Below, one piece after another: positions 47,158-59,738 of a stretch of DNA of 64,000 nt (positions are counted from its first letter, which is position 1; each line of letters opens with the position of its first letter). Source of the DNA: Lingula anatina (lineage: Eukaryota; Animalia; Brachiopoda); NCBI GenBank assembly GCA_051362555.1, contig CM120642.1, forward strand, positions 30,256,001 to 30,320,000. The letters are read 5' to 3'. Below the pieces are notes generated by a model, which saw nothing but the letters and a program-made list of their open reading frames with translations, had not been told where the DNA came from and ran no database searches. The position numbers and the translations under genes are program-made.

Positions 47158-49725
47158 CTTTGTTTGTGTAAGCTTTAAAAAAAGACAAGCATCTGCCCTC
47201 TTCTGGCCAAATTTGCTGTTCAGTGCACCAAAATGTTGTCACCACTTTTTATGTACAGACACAGCAAGTTCTGTACATACTGTCAGCAGGCAGGTCTGTA
47301 CGCAAGAACATGTTTGAAATGATCTAGATATAATTTTTAAACTGCTTAATTCAGCACTATGAGTATCTATCATTCATTAAGGTATGTTTGCACACAGACC
47401 ACAAAATATCAAATGAACTCGGTTATATTTCATGATGCTATGAAGTCTGAAATGTGGGATTTTATATGTGTATTATTTTGATTTATTTCTTCATGTAGAG
47501 CTTGTGTGAAAATATAGTCAGAAGTCATATTGCCATTCTGTAAAGCAATCAGTTTTTGCAGTGGAACAGTTAATGTAGAAATAATGGATTTAGTGCAATT
47601 TATACCATCATCTACCATTCCTTAATGCAGAACATGATTTTTTTTCCATATCCATCATATTTGGTATGGGATTGAAGCCCTGTATAGATCTATGCTTTAA
47701 AATTATTGAGTGAATGTCTGAGTAAATTTAGCTGGTGTAACTTTTGAGGCACTCTAGTTTGCCAGCACTGATTAGTTAATATGGGATAAACCTGCAGCTT
47801 GAATACTGTACATATACAAATTTAGCCACTTTGGGTTTTAAATATTTTGAACATCAGCTAAATACATATGAGAAAAGAAAAATTATATAAGGGGCATAAT
47901 TATCATTAAAAATTGGAAATAAAGCATGCTGTTATGTGGCACTATACACAGTGATTAAATTTTATTATTTTTTTTTAGTTTCTGAAATTTAAGTGGATTA
48001 CAGCAAAGGCAACATTGCAGTTAGAAAGCTTGTGGTTTAAGACTCATTTTAATTGAATTTTACTCAGGATTGAAAATTTTATGCTAATGGACCAACTTTT
48101 TGATGAGACAGAACCAGCCTCTTGGTCTATTAGCATTTTACTTATAAACACAGCATGTCTATTAGTCAATCTATATCAAGTGGATAAAAAGGGTGGGAGA
48201 AATGTCATAGCTATGGATACCTGCTGGTTGGAAGTGGAATTCAATGCAAATGCAAAGAGCTAATATTGATAGGTAACTGCAAATTGCCCAACAATTAAGC
48301 TGCATAAAACTTTTGTTGTATATTGATTTTTCATGGCCATATATAACATAGCTTAGTGATCTGGTGGTTATACGAGTTCATATGGAAATGGACAACATTG
48401 TATTGCTTAATCTGCAGAAGATAGTGGATAATGAACAGGTAGAGATTCCTCAAAACATCAAACATCCTCAGAGCTGTTTATTATGCCACTTTACGAAAAA
48501 TGTAGAAGTATTGAAGTAGATACTATAGCTCATTGATTTTACTTTGGGTAATAATAAGTCTTCATGTTTCTGCTCGGATGGATTGTATTGTCTTGCTGCC
48601 ATGGCAACCCACCCTGGTTCCCGTAGCTGAATACAGGCAGCTGTATTGGTATTGAACGGGTCATTTATATTTCCTTTCACTCAGTCACGTTAGGACAGTA
48701 ATAGACATGTTTTGAAATGGATGATGTATTTTTTAACCCAAAGCCCCTTTTAGTCAAGGCTTTCCCCAAATACATGGACAGCAGTGCAGCAGACCTCTAG
48801 TTTATTCAACTAAGAAAGAATTTTTAGAATTTTTACAGAAACAACAGTGTTGTCAGAACATACGATGTTTGGCCCTTGCTGTGAAAGCACCGGTGATGGG
48901 ATAAATGGGAAGTTTAATAAAATGGTGTCATCTATTTATTACTATTTAGCATTTGCACCTTGCAATGTTTTGGAAAGTCTTCAGGGACAGCCCAAAGTCT
49001 TGTGACTTTGAGTAAAATCAAGCAAGATTTAATTTGGAGGAGAATGGGTCAGAAATAGAGTGAAAAAAAAAACAAAAAAAACAAAACAATTTATCCATGA
49101 ATATATTTTCTGGTTGTTTTGTTTTCAGTTCTGTTAAATAACAGTCTGTTACACAGCTTTTTGGATCCACTGTGTTTTGGGTGTCACTTTTGTATTGCTA
49201 TCCAAGACCGCATTCCTAGTGGATAGACTTTCACACATTGCTAAAAAAGCAAAATCCATGGTAAATGGATTCTCACACATTTTCATGTCTGTATAGCATC
49301 ACGCAATGCTGACAACCTCGTTAACAGCTTTCTCGGTTGATTTCCATAGTATATGTTTACACCTCACACTAACACTTCCTTCAGCTGCCTTACATAGATG
49401 GCATCATTTCTAGTCAGGTGTAATAATATAGCTTGTTAGATTAGAGAACGCCTGATTACACAAAAGGCATAGAACAGAGTACATAGACTTTGATTTTTAC
49501 TTACCAGTGTCTGCAAATCCATCCATGGGATTTAAATATTTAGTATCTCAGGATCAATTCTGAATTAGGAAAATAAACATCTGTTGCGATATGTATGGTG
49601 TACATTTTGCAGCTGCTGAACATATTAATTGCCCAGCAAGTTTTCAGGTGCTTTAAAGTAAATGTAAAAAAACTTGTGTTTAGGTACCATTTACTTATTA
49701 TTTATTTATTTTATTTTTGGGATGG

Positions 49726-49794
<69 letters not shown>

Positions 49795-52700
49795 TCAAGA
49801 GAACTGCATCGTTTTGAGCTGTGGTGTGCCATATTTTTGGTTTTGTGATGGATATTGCATTGAAATGGCACAGGGTTGAATGATTCTTGTTCATGTATGT
49901 GCATGATGGGTACAACAAGAATGACCCAATACAAAATGTTACAAATGGATTTATGTGGGTTTATGGCTACTAAAATCTGAAAACAATTTTGCAGAAAAGA
50001 TAAGCATTATCAGCCTTCTTTGATAAACTTGAATATTTGAAACAGAGGCAAAAAATATCCTTGAGCCTTGACAATGCATACTTCATATTATCTGTAGTAA
50101 ATAATGCATTATATATATATTTTATGTTGCTTATCTGAGTTGAACTTCCTGAAACCTAGACAGCCTTAATACAAACTGACTGATTGCTGATTGTTTCAGC
50201 TATAATTATGAAATGTATAAAGCAATGAAATTCACTATAGTGAAGAATAATTTGCAGATATAAAACACTTTATAGCTTTTGCATACTTTCATTGTGTCTA
50301 TGAGCGCATTCTCAACGAATTAAGCCAGGCTTTACAAAGCCGGTGACCTAAAAATGGCGGACGTACATGAAAGAAAAACCGCCTAATCTTTTAATAGTCT
50401 CTCCGCCTCCCCACACGTCGTCCCTACGGGGTACAGTAATTAAATCGCATCTCCGTTCGCCATGCGGAAGCTACCTGAGAAATATTAAGTGCGCATGCTC
50501 ATCAGTTAAACTCGTGGTGAAGAAAGCATGGCGGCTGAAGGCGATCAAAGGAAAAAAGCTCTTCTGTTCTATTATCTTTGAAAACAGAGACGAAAAAGGA
50601 ATAATTTGGCCCGTAGAGCAGCAATGAATCGACTATCTACGGAGATAATATCACCAGAGATATAATATCACCAGAAATATTAATGTTCGGAGCCGAAATT
50701 TAATTACTGTACCCCGCAGGGACGACGTGTGGGGAGGCGTGTGAGAGGCGGAGAGAGTATTAAAAGATTAGGCGGTTTTTCTTTCATGTACGTCCGCCAT
50801 TTTTAGGTCACCGGCTTTGTAAAGCCTGGCTTAATTCGTTGAGAATGCGCTCTATGTACCTTTGGTCCATTGTGTAAGGAAAATCCAGTGGTCTCAATTT
50901 TTTGGGGGGGTGGGGGTTGAGAATGTGTTTTTAACTTTCTGTAGGCTCTAGATCTGAATTTAATCTCCATCCTACATAGTTGGTGTGCACCATATACCAA
51001 AGGAAAGTGTATTACTAGTTTGCATACCTCTCTCTCTCTCTCTAATAGTGTCATCTGTGTTTTTTAGCCTGGCTTTATCTCTGTGTGACTGTAGTTTTGT
51101 TCTGCTGGTCTGTAGTGTATAGTAAGCATGTCTTAGGGACAACATAAACAACATATGGCTCATTTCCTATAAAACTATTGTTCTATCTCCATGGGGACTC
51201 TTGCTGAATGCAGTCACATTAACATATTAACACACTTCCTCGCGGCATTGAATAAAATACATAAAAATTGATGATTATATGAGTACATTGGAAAGAATAG
51301 ACGAGTGTTCATCTCTTAATGTGATAGCATTCAGCGAGAGTCCCCACAGATTTAGATCTATCAACATAGGACAATAGTTTTATTGGGAATGAACCCATAC
51401 TTAGCTCACAGTCTGTACAGGTACATTTTTAGAAGTTCAAGCATGTAGTTATATATATCCTACTGGGGGGTTTTACTCATTAACAGGCTATCTCTCAAAG
51501 GCCTTACTGTGCCTTTGAGCCCTCAGAGCTGTAGTATAGTACTGTATATTTAGGCTTTGAACATTTGTGAACATTAGTCAGCTACTTTATCTAAATTATC
51601 ATCCTTTCTGTCATTTGACTACACCTCGTTTCCTGATGATTATACAATTTCCCCTCTTTATGCACAGGGAGACTTTTAGAAGAATCTACTATTACATGCA
51701 GAATTCTGTCATAAAACCCATCTCTTTCACACTACAGACTGGCATACATTGGTTTTCTGGTCGTTGGTTTGTTCTCTAAGGAAATCCATGTCTGGATAGC
51801 AGTTTCCTTGAAAAGATAATGGAAAAGGTGGATCTCTGCCAGTGAAAGAACACGTGAAATGCATGTGTCTGTAATAAACATCTACAGGTGCTCATTAACA
51901 GATCCATGTGCTCACTGTTATCCTAAGACTGGCATTTAAAGAAGTTGTTTATTGATATCGAAAGGTTATTATCGACATTGAAGCTTCTCCTTTAAGCTAT
52001 TCGCTGTCTCATAAGTATTGTAAGCACTATACTACTGCATCTATTAATATTGGGAAATATTGCCAAGGTGCAAGTAAGATGTTATTGACTAAAAGTAAAA
52101 CATCAGATTATAAAAAGAAATGGTAGATGTATGCGAAATTTGATTATTTGTTTTCACAACATAAGTGGTTTCTTAAACAAAATTCTTAAGAAGTTAACTA
52201 AAAATTAAAAAAAAATTAATTGTGTTGATGTCAGCAAATATTTTTATATCTGTTATTTTATCATTAATTTAGGGTTTTCTCTGAAAGTCAATAAGTATAA
52301 TATATCAGTATAAATATATTTTTTATTTTTGTCTTCACCAATTTTATTATGTTATTACATAAAAAAACACAGTAGTCATGTTTATTAAAAGACATGCTCA
52401 TTTCTAATATCAAAATACAGGCCCTATCTGACTTCTTCAAAGATACTATTCAATGCTTTTCACAATGTGACCTTATGCTCATATACTTGATATAAAATAA
52501 GATTAACAGATTTTCACATATATATGCATATAATTTCAGATTTTGACCAAGGACAGCGTAACAATCTCTGTAGATGCTGTGGTGTATTACCGTATCCAGA
52601 ATGCCACCATCTCCGTAGCCAACGTGGAGGATGCTCATGGTTCCACCAAACTCTTGGCTCAGACTAGCCTCAGGAATGTCCTGGGAACCAAGAACCTGGC

Positions 52701-55700
52701 CGAGATTCTCTCCGACAGAGAGGCTATATCTTCTACAATGCAGGTAGGGTTAGGGACCATTCCCACAGATATTTAGATCAATCCATCTCCCTGGGGAGTC
52801 TCACTTTATTGCAACTTAACAGGCTTAAATGTCTGTCACGCCTAGTAAAGCTGTTGGGGGTAATTATCTTTATCTGATTCAGTAGGTGTGACAGATATTT
52901 AAGCGGGTTAAGTTGATAGCAATTTAGTAAGACTCCCCAGGGAATTAGATTGATCCATCTGGATCCATCTAGGCATGGGAACCCACTGGAACAGCAAATT
53001 TTTGTAAATTTGTTCAATTACTGGCCACTTTTGGCTTCAAAGGGAAGTGAACTAAATGTTTGGGGCTAATATCACCAGCTTGATTACAATCTGGCGTGTT
53101 AATGTGTATATCAAGATGATCAGATAGATCTGAGGCTTCAGAGAATGCATCAAGACATAACTGTCTAATACTAAACAAGGTGTAGAGTGCTCTATCGCAG
53201 CAAGTACCTGTTCCAGTTTCAGTCTTACTGGCACTTGGCTTGGGGCCAGTGGTAAAACCACAGACTGTGTTACCTGCTCACAAATTTTAAACTAAATGGT
53301 TTCAGTTGAGACTGATGTGTTGAGAGCCCCTGCTTTAAATATTTTTGTTGGCATGAGCATCATCACTTTCCACTGGGTTTTAATGCAATTAGGGCAGTTT
53401 TTCAATTTGTCACAGGCGTGAATGGCTTAGACTATTAAACAGACTGATTAACATAACATACATAACTTGATTGCATCACACAAAAAATTATCAATTTCTG
53501 CTGTACAATGAAAATCTCAGTTTTCTCTTCTTGTATGATAGCAACGGTCTTATTTGTGGTGGCAGTTATGTTTTGGCTGTGAAATTCAAATGTATTTGCA
53601 GTGGGTCTCATTTGGACGCAACCGGCCCTAGGAGTGTTATTTCTGGTGTTGAATAATTGTACTTAGTCATTGATCTGTGCTCTTTCATTCCGCAAGGGAT
53701 TGCAACATCATTATTTTCAATGCACTGGTGATGGTTAGGCACTCTGGCATTACCAAGATGGGGAGATAATTCATGCAGCTTGGAAATAAAATATAACACA
53801 AGGAGGAAATAACTTAAAAAAATAAATTAATAACCCTAGTATCCTGTAAATGTTTGCTACATCTGTAAGAATATAATTGCTTTTCCATATACGGCCAGAG
53901 AGTAAGCTATCACAACACAGTATTAAAAGATGAACCTCATGCCCCATCCCCTCTAAAGAGAGCAATTGCTGAGATGGGACAAAATCAATCTTCCTGGAAG
54001 AACTTGTTTAAATTCTGAGGGAATACATAATAGTTGATGTTACCAAGATTTGGGGAACTTAATCTTTCTGTACATTTGTGTACAACATATCTCAGTGGAA
54101 GATGGGGCAGTTGTGAAGACAGGGAAAAATGATGAAGTTTTGAACTCGAATGAAAATATCCTTTCCATTTGTGTCAGTAGTTTATTTGTGAGAAAAGGAA
54201 GACAAAGTTTGATGAATAAAGCCATAAAATTTGTGTTTTAATCATGTTAATCATAGTAATTTTTGGTATACTTCCCAAAGTACTATAATCTCCCCTTCCC
54301 TCCTGATCATGTACTATGTACATCAGTTTAAGGAGACAAATATAAATATTGATTTATTGGTCAGTATATCTTATGTTCAATGCATGAGTTTTGTCAATGC
54401 ATTTGAAATATTCAAGACACACCCTGGAATGTTTTATATATTTGATGTCCTAGGGCTCCAGTATAACATGGTCCTAAAAGTTCTGTATATCTTATGAACG
54501 GATGACAGACCTGAGTGGCTCTTTTTGAACACAGACCAGAGTAGTGTTTGCCACATTTTTTTTCTTTTAATTAATGGAATCCTTTGGTGAATTTTACCCT
54601 GGAAGATGGTTTTCTGTAAATCATCATCATGATGGCGTTTTGTGCATTTTTGTCCACACAATTTCATCTTAATTCATAGTATACCTTTTAAACTAACACA
54701 AGAAAATACAAGCCACATGTATGTGTAATGAGATCAGCCATAGCAGTGCTGCATATTGCTATATATGGTTTTAAATGAGAATTAAATTCGGCTTGTAGTA
54801 ATGATATCTTTTATGCTTCGCAAAAATGTTTTGCATTTAATGGATGCTCTGGTTAGACCATGAATGTCAAAGATAAAAGTAAGCATTATATTCTTTTGAA
54901 TAGTGAAGTTCATCTTAGAAATGTGGGAAAAACATCCGGAAATACAGAAATTACTGGAAATTAGAAAAGGCGAAAAGCATCCTGGAATTCAGAAATTTCT
55001 GGAAACTGACATCAGGCATAAGATTCTTTTAGTTAGGTTTCTGCTTCATTTTCTCTGAAAGACGGGGTATGTCAGAAAGGTTTCACTGACATTTTAAGGA
55101 AGACATAAACACAAATTAACCCAAGCTTGAAATATTCCTTGTGGCTGTCGTGAAACGTTTGCAGGATCAATACAGCTGAGATGTGGGAAAGTCTTTGAAA
55201 AATTGTCAGCGTGGTACTTAAAATTTTATTACATGACATAATGCGAATGTCTTTGTGATGTGGAATAAGTATATGCAATCTACATAAAAGAAGTTAGATT
55301 TTCACATGTGGACAGCTGACAAAAATACTGGTGATAATTGAACCAATTCCAATTTTCTTTATCAGTTCACTGCAATTTTATGCAGAAATAGTTGTGTCTC
55401 AACTGCCACATTCAGTGTGCCATAGAACATTGTACTTTGCAATATTGTGAAATAAATTATTTGGAGATGCTTAATATGTATATGTGCTGAGTCAAAAATG
55501 AATGTATTCTATTTTCAGTCTGGCCTGGATGAGGCTACAGATCCATGGGGCATCAAGGTGGAGAGAGTGGAGGTGTAAGTAGTCTTTTCAGTATGGATCT
55601 GCCTTGAAATACATTGGCTTATATTTTAGATTCATCCCTCCCCCCGCACCACCACCACCAATCTCTTCTCTAGATAGCACATTATAAATTCTAAATCACT

Positions 55701-56749
55701 GGTTTTTGGAGATGAAATTCAAATTGTTTCTAGGCAAGTTGAATATCACATTGTAAAACTGTCTCAACTGTCACACCTACCGCATTACCAAACTTAATTC
55801 AGCAATATTGAAATATAAATATGTTGGTCTATAATTCTTTGTATGGCCAAATTAAACAGTCCCTAAATGTATGGCTGTTATGATTATTATTATTGAGAAT
55901 GCTGCCATGAATAGTGAAAGCTAATTCAGAAAGTATCATTGAAGGTCTTTGCTTATAAAATTATTTTTGGTAAATGTTCAGTTTTGAAATTAATTTTCCA
56001 ATACTTGTTTACAGGAAGGACTGTCGTCTACCCATCCAGCTGCAGAGGGCAATGGCTGCCGAGGCTGAAGCTGCAAGAGAAGCTAGAGCCAAGGTGAAGA
56101 GATCATATAGATTTGGTTGAAGTTGTACACTTTTGATTTTTTTAAAGTCAATTCCTTCATTTGTTTAGGATGAGACAAAATTTTTGATGTAGAAAATCTG
56201 CAGATATGCATAATGTTTACTGTGAAATACACATTTTTTCTGTGTTATTTTGTAAAATGGTACTGCCAGCTTTTTATACTTGTTACAACTACTTGTCATC
56301 CACTGTATGCTGCTGACTTATCCCCCAGCTGGTGCTTCAAACAATAGGATGAATGCATCAAAGTTTACGAAAGTACAAGCAAGCGTGTAAATGAAATGCT
56401 AGTGCAATTATCCTCTTGTTCATAGGGCTGTCCGTGGGTTATTGTTTGCCATGTCCAACAACAACCTTAAGGAAGCAAAAAGAAAAAAAAATGCTTTCTC
56501 AACAGAACAATTCTGTTGTTACAGTGGCAAATCTTCACATAGCATTTCTTGATTCTTCAGGTTATCGCTGCAGAGGGAGAACAGAAAGCTGCTCGTGCCT
56601 TGAAGGAGGCTGCCGACGTTATCGCAGAGTCGCCATCTGCCCTCCAGCTGCGCTATCTTCAGACCCTGAACAGCATTTCTGCTGAGAAAAATTCGACAAT
56701 TATTTTCCCTCTGCCTGTTGACATGCTGTCAGGGTTAATAAAGAAATAA
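40032..56749 (+). CDS. stomatin / MEC-2-like SPFH (band 7) protein, paralog 2, ~298 aa (281 aa from the second ATG at 40083)
   Basis: join(40032..40137,41650..41756,43416..43488,46804..46886,52540..52743,55519..55574,56015..56093,56561..56749); internal exon sizes 107/73/83/204/56/79 are identical to paralog 1; all stomatin motifs are present. Confidence 0.95.
40531..41305. repeat. ~390-bp tandem duplication in intron 1 of paralog 2
   Basis: aaatagtcatcgacgttcccag, gaggtctcttttgcaatag and atatcaaccaacaatacagagcaattgt each occur twice, ~390 bp apart. Confidence 0.85.
41650..41756 (+). CDS. stomatin paralog 2 exon 2 (membrane hairpin)
   Basis: [35 protein letters not shown]. Confidence 0.93.
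43416..43488 (+). CDS. stomatin paralog 2 exon 3
   Basis: [24 protein letters not shown]. Confidence 0.95.
43539..43670. mobile_element. hAT-like MITE
   Basis: caggggtagcgct ... agtgctacccctg; TSD not clear. Confidence 0.5.
45082..46413 (+). CDS. reverse transcriptase domain of LINE ORF2 (partial, open frame, 443 aa)
   Basis: [67 protein letters not shown]. Confidence 0.92.
   Translation: MNRPVSNLSFLSKVVERVIAVRLFKHLEANNLVEEMQSAYKFNHSTESALLRIKNDLLSGVDKQIAMLLVLLDLSAAFDTVDHNILLTFLEQSVGVRDKALDLLRSYLVGRMHQVNINGVLSELSQLLFGVPQGSVLGPLKFCVYTLPLGAILRYHKIGYHFYADDTQLYTSCNIHDPALSVNTIVDCISDLRGWLISNKLKINDGKTEFLVITQPHNKGLAHNLQLKIGASMAFSSPHVKNLGVYFDSTLSMDKQISNITRSCLFNIRNIGTIRKHLNQSAAATVIHSLVTSRLDYCNSIFYGCPDDKIKRLQRIQNISARLLMLQPRDCHITPILKHLHWLPVRARILFKVLVFTHAAFYNLAPPYITDLVKHYSPQRSLRSGDKLLLKVPKSRLKSYGDISFCVAAPVEWNKLPIFIRQIESQESFKKELKTHIFKTFYS
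45082..46630 (+). mobile_element. 5'-truncated non-LTR retrotransposon (L2/CR1 group LINE) in intron 3 of paralog 2
   Basis: RT ORF followed by an AT-rich 3'UTR, AATAAA (46597-46602) and a (TAT)n tail; begins abruptly at RPVSNL. Confidence 0.92.
46804..46886 (+). CDS. stomatin paralog 2 exon 4
   Basis: [28 protein letters not shown]|gtaaat. Confidence 0.95.
50302..50852. mobile_element. young MITE with ~145-bp TIRs and 3-bp TSD (PIF/Harbinger-like)
   Basis: gagcgcattctcaacgaattaagccaggc... with a near-exact reverse complement at the right end; tat on both flanks. Confidence 0.9.
51157..51396. mobile_element. Harbinger-like MITE (20646 subfamily)
   Basis: ggctcatttcctataaaactattg ... caatagttttattgggaatgaaccc. 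Confidence 0.65.
52540..52743 (+). CDS. stomatin paralog 2 exon 5
   Basis: [68 protein letters not shown]. Confidence 0.95.
52753..52984. mobile_element. Harbinger-like MITE directly after the exon 5 donor
   Basis: gggaccattccca ... atgggaaccc; inverted arms ccctggggagtct / agactccccaggg. Confidence 0.65.
53606..53655 (+). pseudogene. possible decayed copy of the alternative exon 6 in paralog 2
   Basis: [16 protein letters not shown] aligns to [18 protein letters not shown]; preceded by tttgcag; no intact donor. Confidence 0.45.
55519..55574 (+). CDS. stomatin paralog 2 exon 6
   Basis: [18 protein letters not shown](V); 56 nt. Confidence 0.95.
56015..56093 (+). CDS. stomatin paralog 2 exon 7
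   Basis: [26 protein letters not shown]. Confidence 0.95.
56561..56749 (+). CDS. stomatin paralog 2 last exon
   Basis: [62 protein letters not shown]. Confidence 0.95.
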   Translation, partial: VIAAEGEQKAARALKEAADVIAESPSALQLRYLQTLNSISAEKNSTIIFPLPVDMLSGLIKK

Positions 56750-57072
56750 TGGGGATGGTAATCAAAGGGAAAATTCAGAGAGCAAGACCCATGCTTTAAA
56801 CAACACGTTTATATAAAACTAGGCCTCTCTTAAATAGTTCCAAAAGGTATTTTTAGTAGTCTAAGAGCATTTTCTCTCTGTTTAATTTTAATTGATGTAG
56901 TGAATATTATATATCTCTCTCAATGTTTTATATCTCACATGTACATTTGTACTTTGTAAGGGGACAGAGGGAGGATGTTTAATTACCAGAAATAGTTAAT
57001 TAAATATGACATTCTATATGACATTCGGAAAATTAAGACTGTCATTTTGGATGACTTTATTTTGAAATGCAA

Positions 57073-57117
<45 letters not shown>

Positions 57118-57578
57118 ACAATGATGCATTGTTGCTCTGTACTGTGATTTCTAGTGCAAACTACTTTTACATTGTAGAATATTTTGATTCTTCACATTGT
57201 GCACCTTTTGAGTTTTTTTGCTACAAGTGTTTTTGAATGTGTCACAAAATGTAATTATGTTAGCCAGTAGCAGTAAAATGTTCCACATTGTGCATAAAGA
57301 CAATGAAGAGGCGATTACTTTAGTAAGCAGCCTGGGAAGGGTAGATGATCCACAAAACTGATGAAATACTGGCATGACATTTTCTTGACCAATGAAGTGA
57401 ATCAAGATCTGACAAATAATTGATTACATTTTCTTAGGCCAGATTTTGTGTCATTGCAATTAGCAAAATGCATGTTGTAAAATATTAATTTTTTTGTAAA
57501 TATTTTGAATAATTGTATTGTATCATTTTATGGGTGATTATTATGTGAGTAATGTGTAGATAATTCAGTGAGATTTTA

Positions 57579-57789
57579 GACCCCATTCCCAGAGATTAGA
57601 TCGATCTACTTTTACTCCCCGGGGGTTCACGCTAGATAGTTGTCAGGCGAGCGGGCATGAAAGTTAATTACCCCCTTACAGCTTGTAGTAGGCGCCGGCG
57701 GGACAGATATTTAAGCCGGATTATCTGACAGTAATCTAGTGAAACTCCCCGTGGGGATAGATCGATCTAAAAGCTCTGGGAATACGCCC
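57579..57789. mobile_element. Harbinger-like MITE (TSD TTA) in the probable 3'UTR of paralog 2
   Basis: gaccccattcccagag ... ctctgggaatacgccc; tta on both sides. Confidence 0.7.
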
Positions 57790-57986
57790 TTACTCTTAGC
57801 TGTTGTCTCTTTAGTACTTTTTTAATACGGGTCTTTCTGTCCACATGACATGTTTCAGCCAAGTTTCTTACATTAAAATTTTTTGTACCTTTCTCTATCC
57901 ATACAGTTCAACATCTACAAAATGGATTGTTTCAACAATATGACTAACCAGAACCATTTAGAAAATATCGCAGTATTAGAACACTA

Positions 57987-58105
57987 CCCTCTGCTAGGGG
58001 TCACAGAAAGGTTCTTTTCAGTAAATATTCTAAGATATTAATCTAGTTAATTCTGTGCACATGTCTGTACGATACACTCAGCATCCAGGTAGCCCCTAGC
58101 AGAGG
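57987..58105. mobile_element. small MITE (1668 family)
   Basis: ccctctgctagggg ... cccctagcagagg. Confidence 0.55.
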
Positions 58106-58403
58106 TATTCCAAGGCAGTGATTATACTTTTTACCTAAGCAGGAAGGGTTAACTTTTATGTCATATATCATGTAGAGACCCTGGACTTTTTTGTAGCATA
58201 TCATACTTGTACAACAGGGGCAATCCAGCAGTTATATTTTACAGGATATATAACCAAGTTAAGGGAGCTATCTGTAATGTCCATTAATGAATTCAGGAAC
58301 TTATTACTCGGAATTTTGTTGTGGAAGTATTTTTATTTGTAACTTGCTAATGTTTGTAAACTTTGAGAAGAATTACTCTTTCTAATTAAATTTGTAGTTA
58401 GTC

Positions 58404-58409
58404 AATAAA
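58404..58409 (+). terminator. candidate polyadenylation signal of paralog 2
   Basis: AATAAA followed by GT-rich tgttgtttgt. Confidence 0.5.
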
Positions 58410-59476
58410 ATTTTGAAAGAAGATGTTGTTTGTAATCTTACTGAATGAGTGACTTGTGTTGATTTACTTTTCCATCTACACAAGACAATCCCCCTCCTCT
58501 CTCAATGATAGATAGCAGGAACATGCCCTAAGACAGATGGTACACAACTACCAGTGTCGTTCTAGCCAAAGGTTATTTTGTTTTCCTAGATACCCAGTAA
58601 CCTTCTAAAATGGCTGGCAGTCGGGTGAGTGATTGATAATCATAGATGATTTTGCCCTTAAAGACAACTGGGAGCCAGGGTATGGTAAAAAAAAGAAAGA
58701 AAAAAAAAACGCACACACACACACACACATATATCAAAACTTGCTCCCAATCTTTCAAAAAAGAAAGTACTGGATTCAACCTTTTAAACAATTTTGAAGA
58801 CCATACTTATGGGTTAGCACTGTCATTATTGTGTAATGATGATTGGTAAAAAAAAGCTAAAGAGCCCGTGAAGAGTGAAAAACATTTACCTCTTTTAGAC
58901 GGACCGTACTTGTTACTGAGGTTGACATTTTTAATTTTTTTTTAATTAAAAAAAATTCAAACGTTTGCCATCTTTCGTTAAATAGAAGTTATTATTTTTT
59001 ATTTGTATTTTTATATTTACTTTTCATTTGTAGACATTGCTGCATTGTTTATTTATCTTCTTTTGTTTTTTATTTATTTTATTCTTTATTATAATTAATA
59101 TTTTTATTATTTATTTATTGCTGCTTGGTGTCTGTATGTTTCCCAGCTTTGCTGTCTAGTTACACGTATGTTTTCAATGGCCCACTATGTCAGCTCTGTT
59201 CAAAAGCTTGTGCAGGTCGCCGATGTCAAATACAGGACTAACTAAGTATCAAGAAAAATTTTGTTTACACAAGATTGTGTCAAACTTGCAGTGATAAAAC
59301 TATTATAAATATAGACTTATTTCAACGTTAATAAAATAAATATTAAATTTTGCTTCCCTTTCACTCCTCTTTAACCAACTCTTCGGCCACTTTAAAAAAA
59401 CGCTATGTGTGCTCTATAGAACTCTAGTTGCCATTATCCGAATAATCGGCCTAACTAGTGCACTCCTATCTGTATA

Positions 59477-59738
59477 GGGAGCGTTCAGATAAATCCATCG
59501 TACTGGCTGGATCGATCCAACTCTAAGGTGGATTCTCCCTATGTCCTATCACTAATCAGCTGAAATGTCGAGCTGCTAGGGGGTCATTAAGCCGAGTCCA
59601 CACGAATGTTAATTACCCCTACCTAATTCAGGAGGTCTGTCAGACAATTAGGCTGATTACACTAAATGCAGTTTAGCCAGAATCCTCTGCAGAATTGGAT
59701 CGATCCAGCTGATTCGATATTTGAATCTGAACGCGGCC
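59477..59738. mobile_element. foldback MITE related to the Harbinger-like family
   Basis: gcgttcagat / atctgaacgc and gctggatcgatccaa / ttggatcgatccagc arms; tata flanks. Confidence 0.6.

Noticed and set aside
49595-49934. ORFs with (IY)n runs; likewise (ER)n, (HT)n and (CV)n ORFs elsewhere
   Set aside because: Translations of dinucleotide microsatellites.
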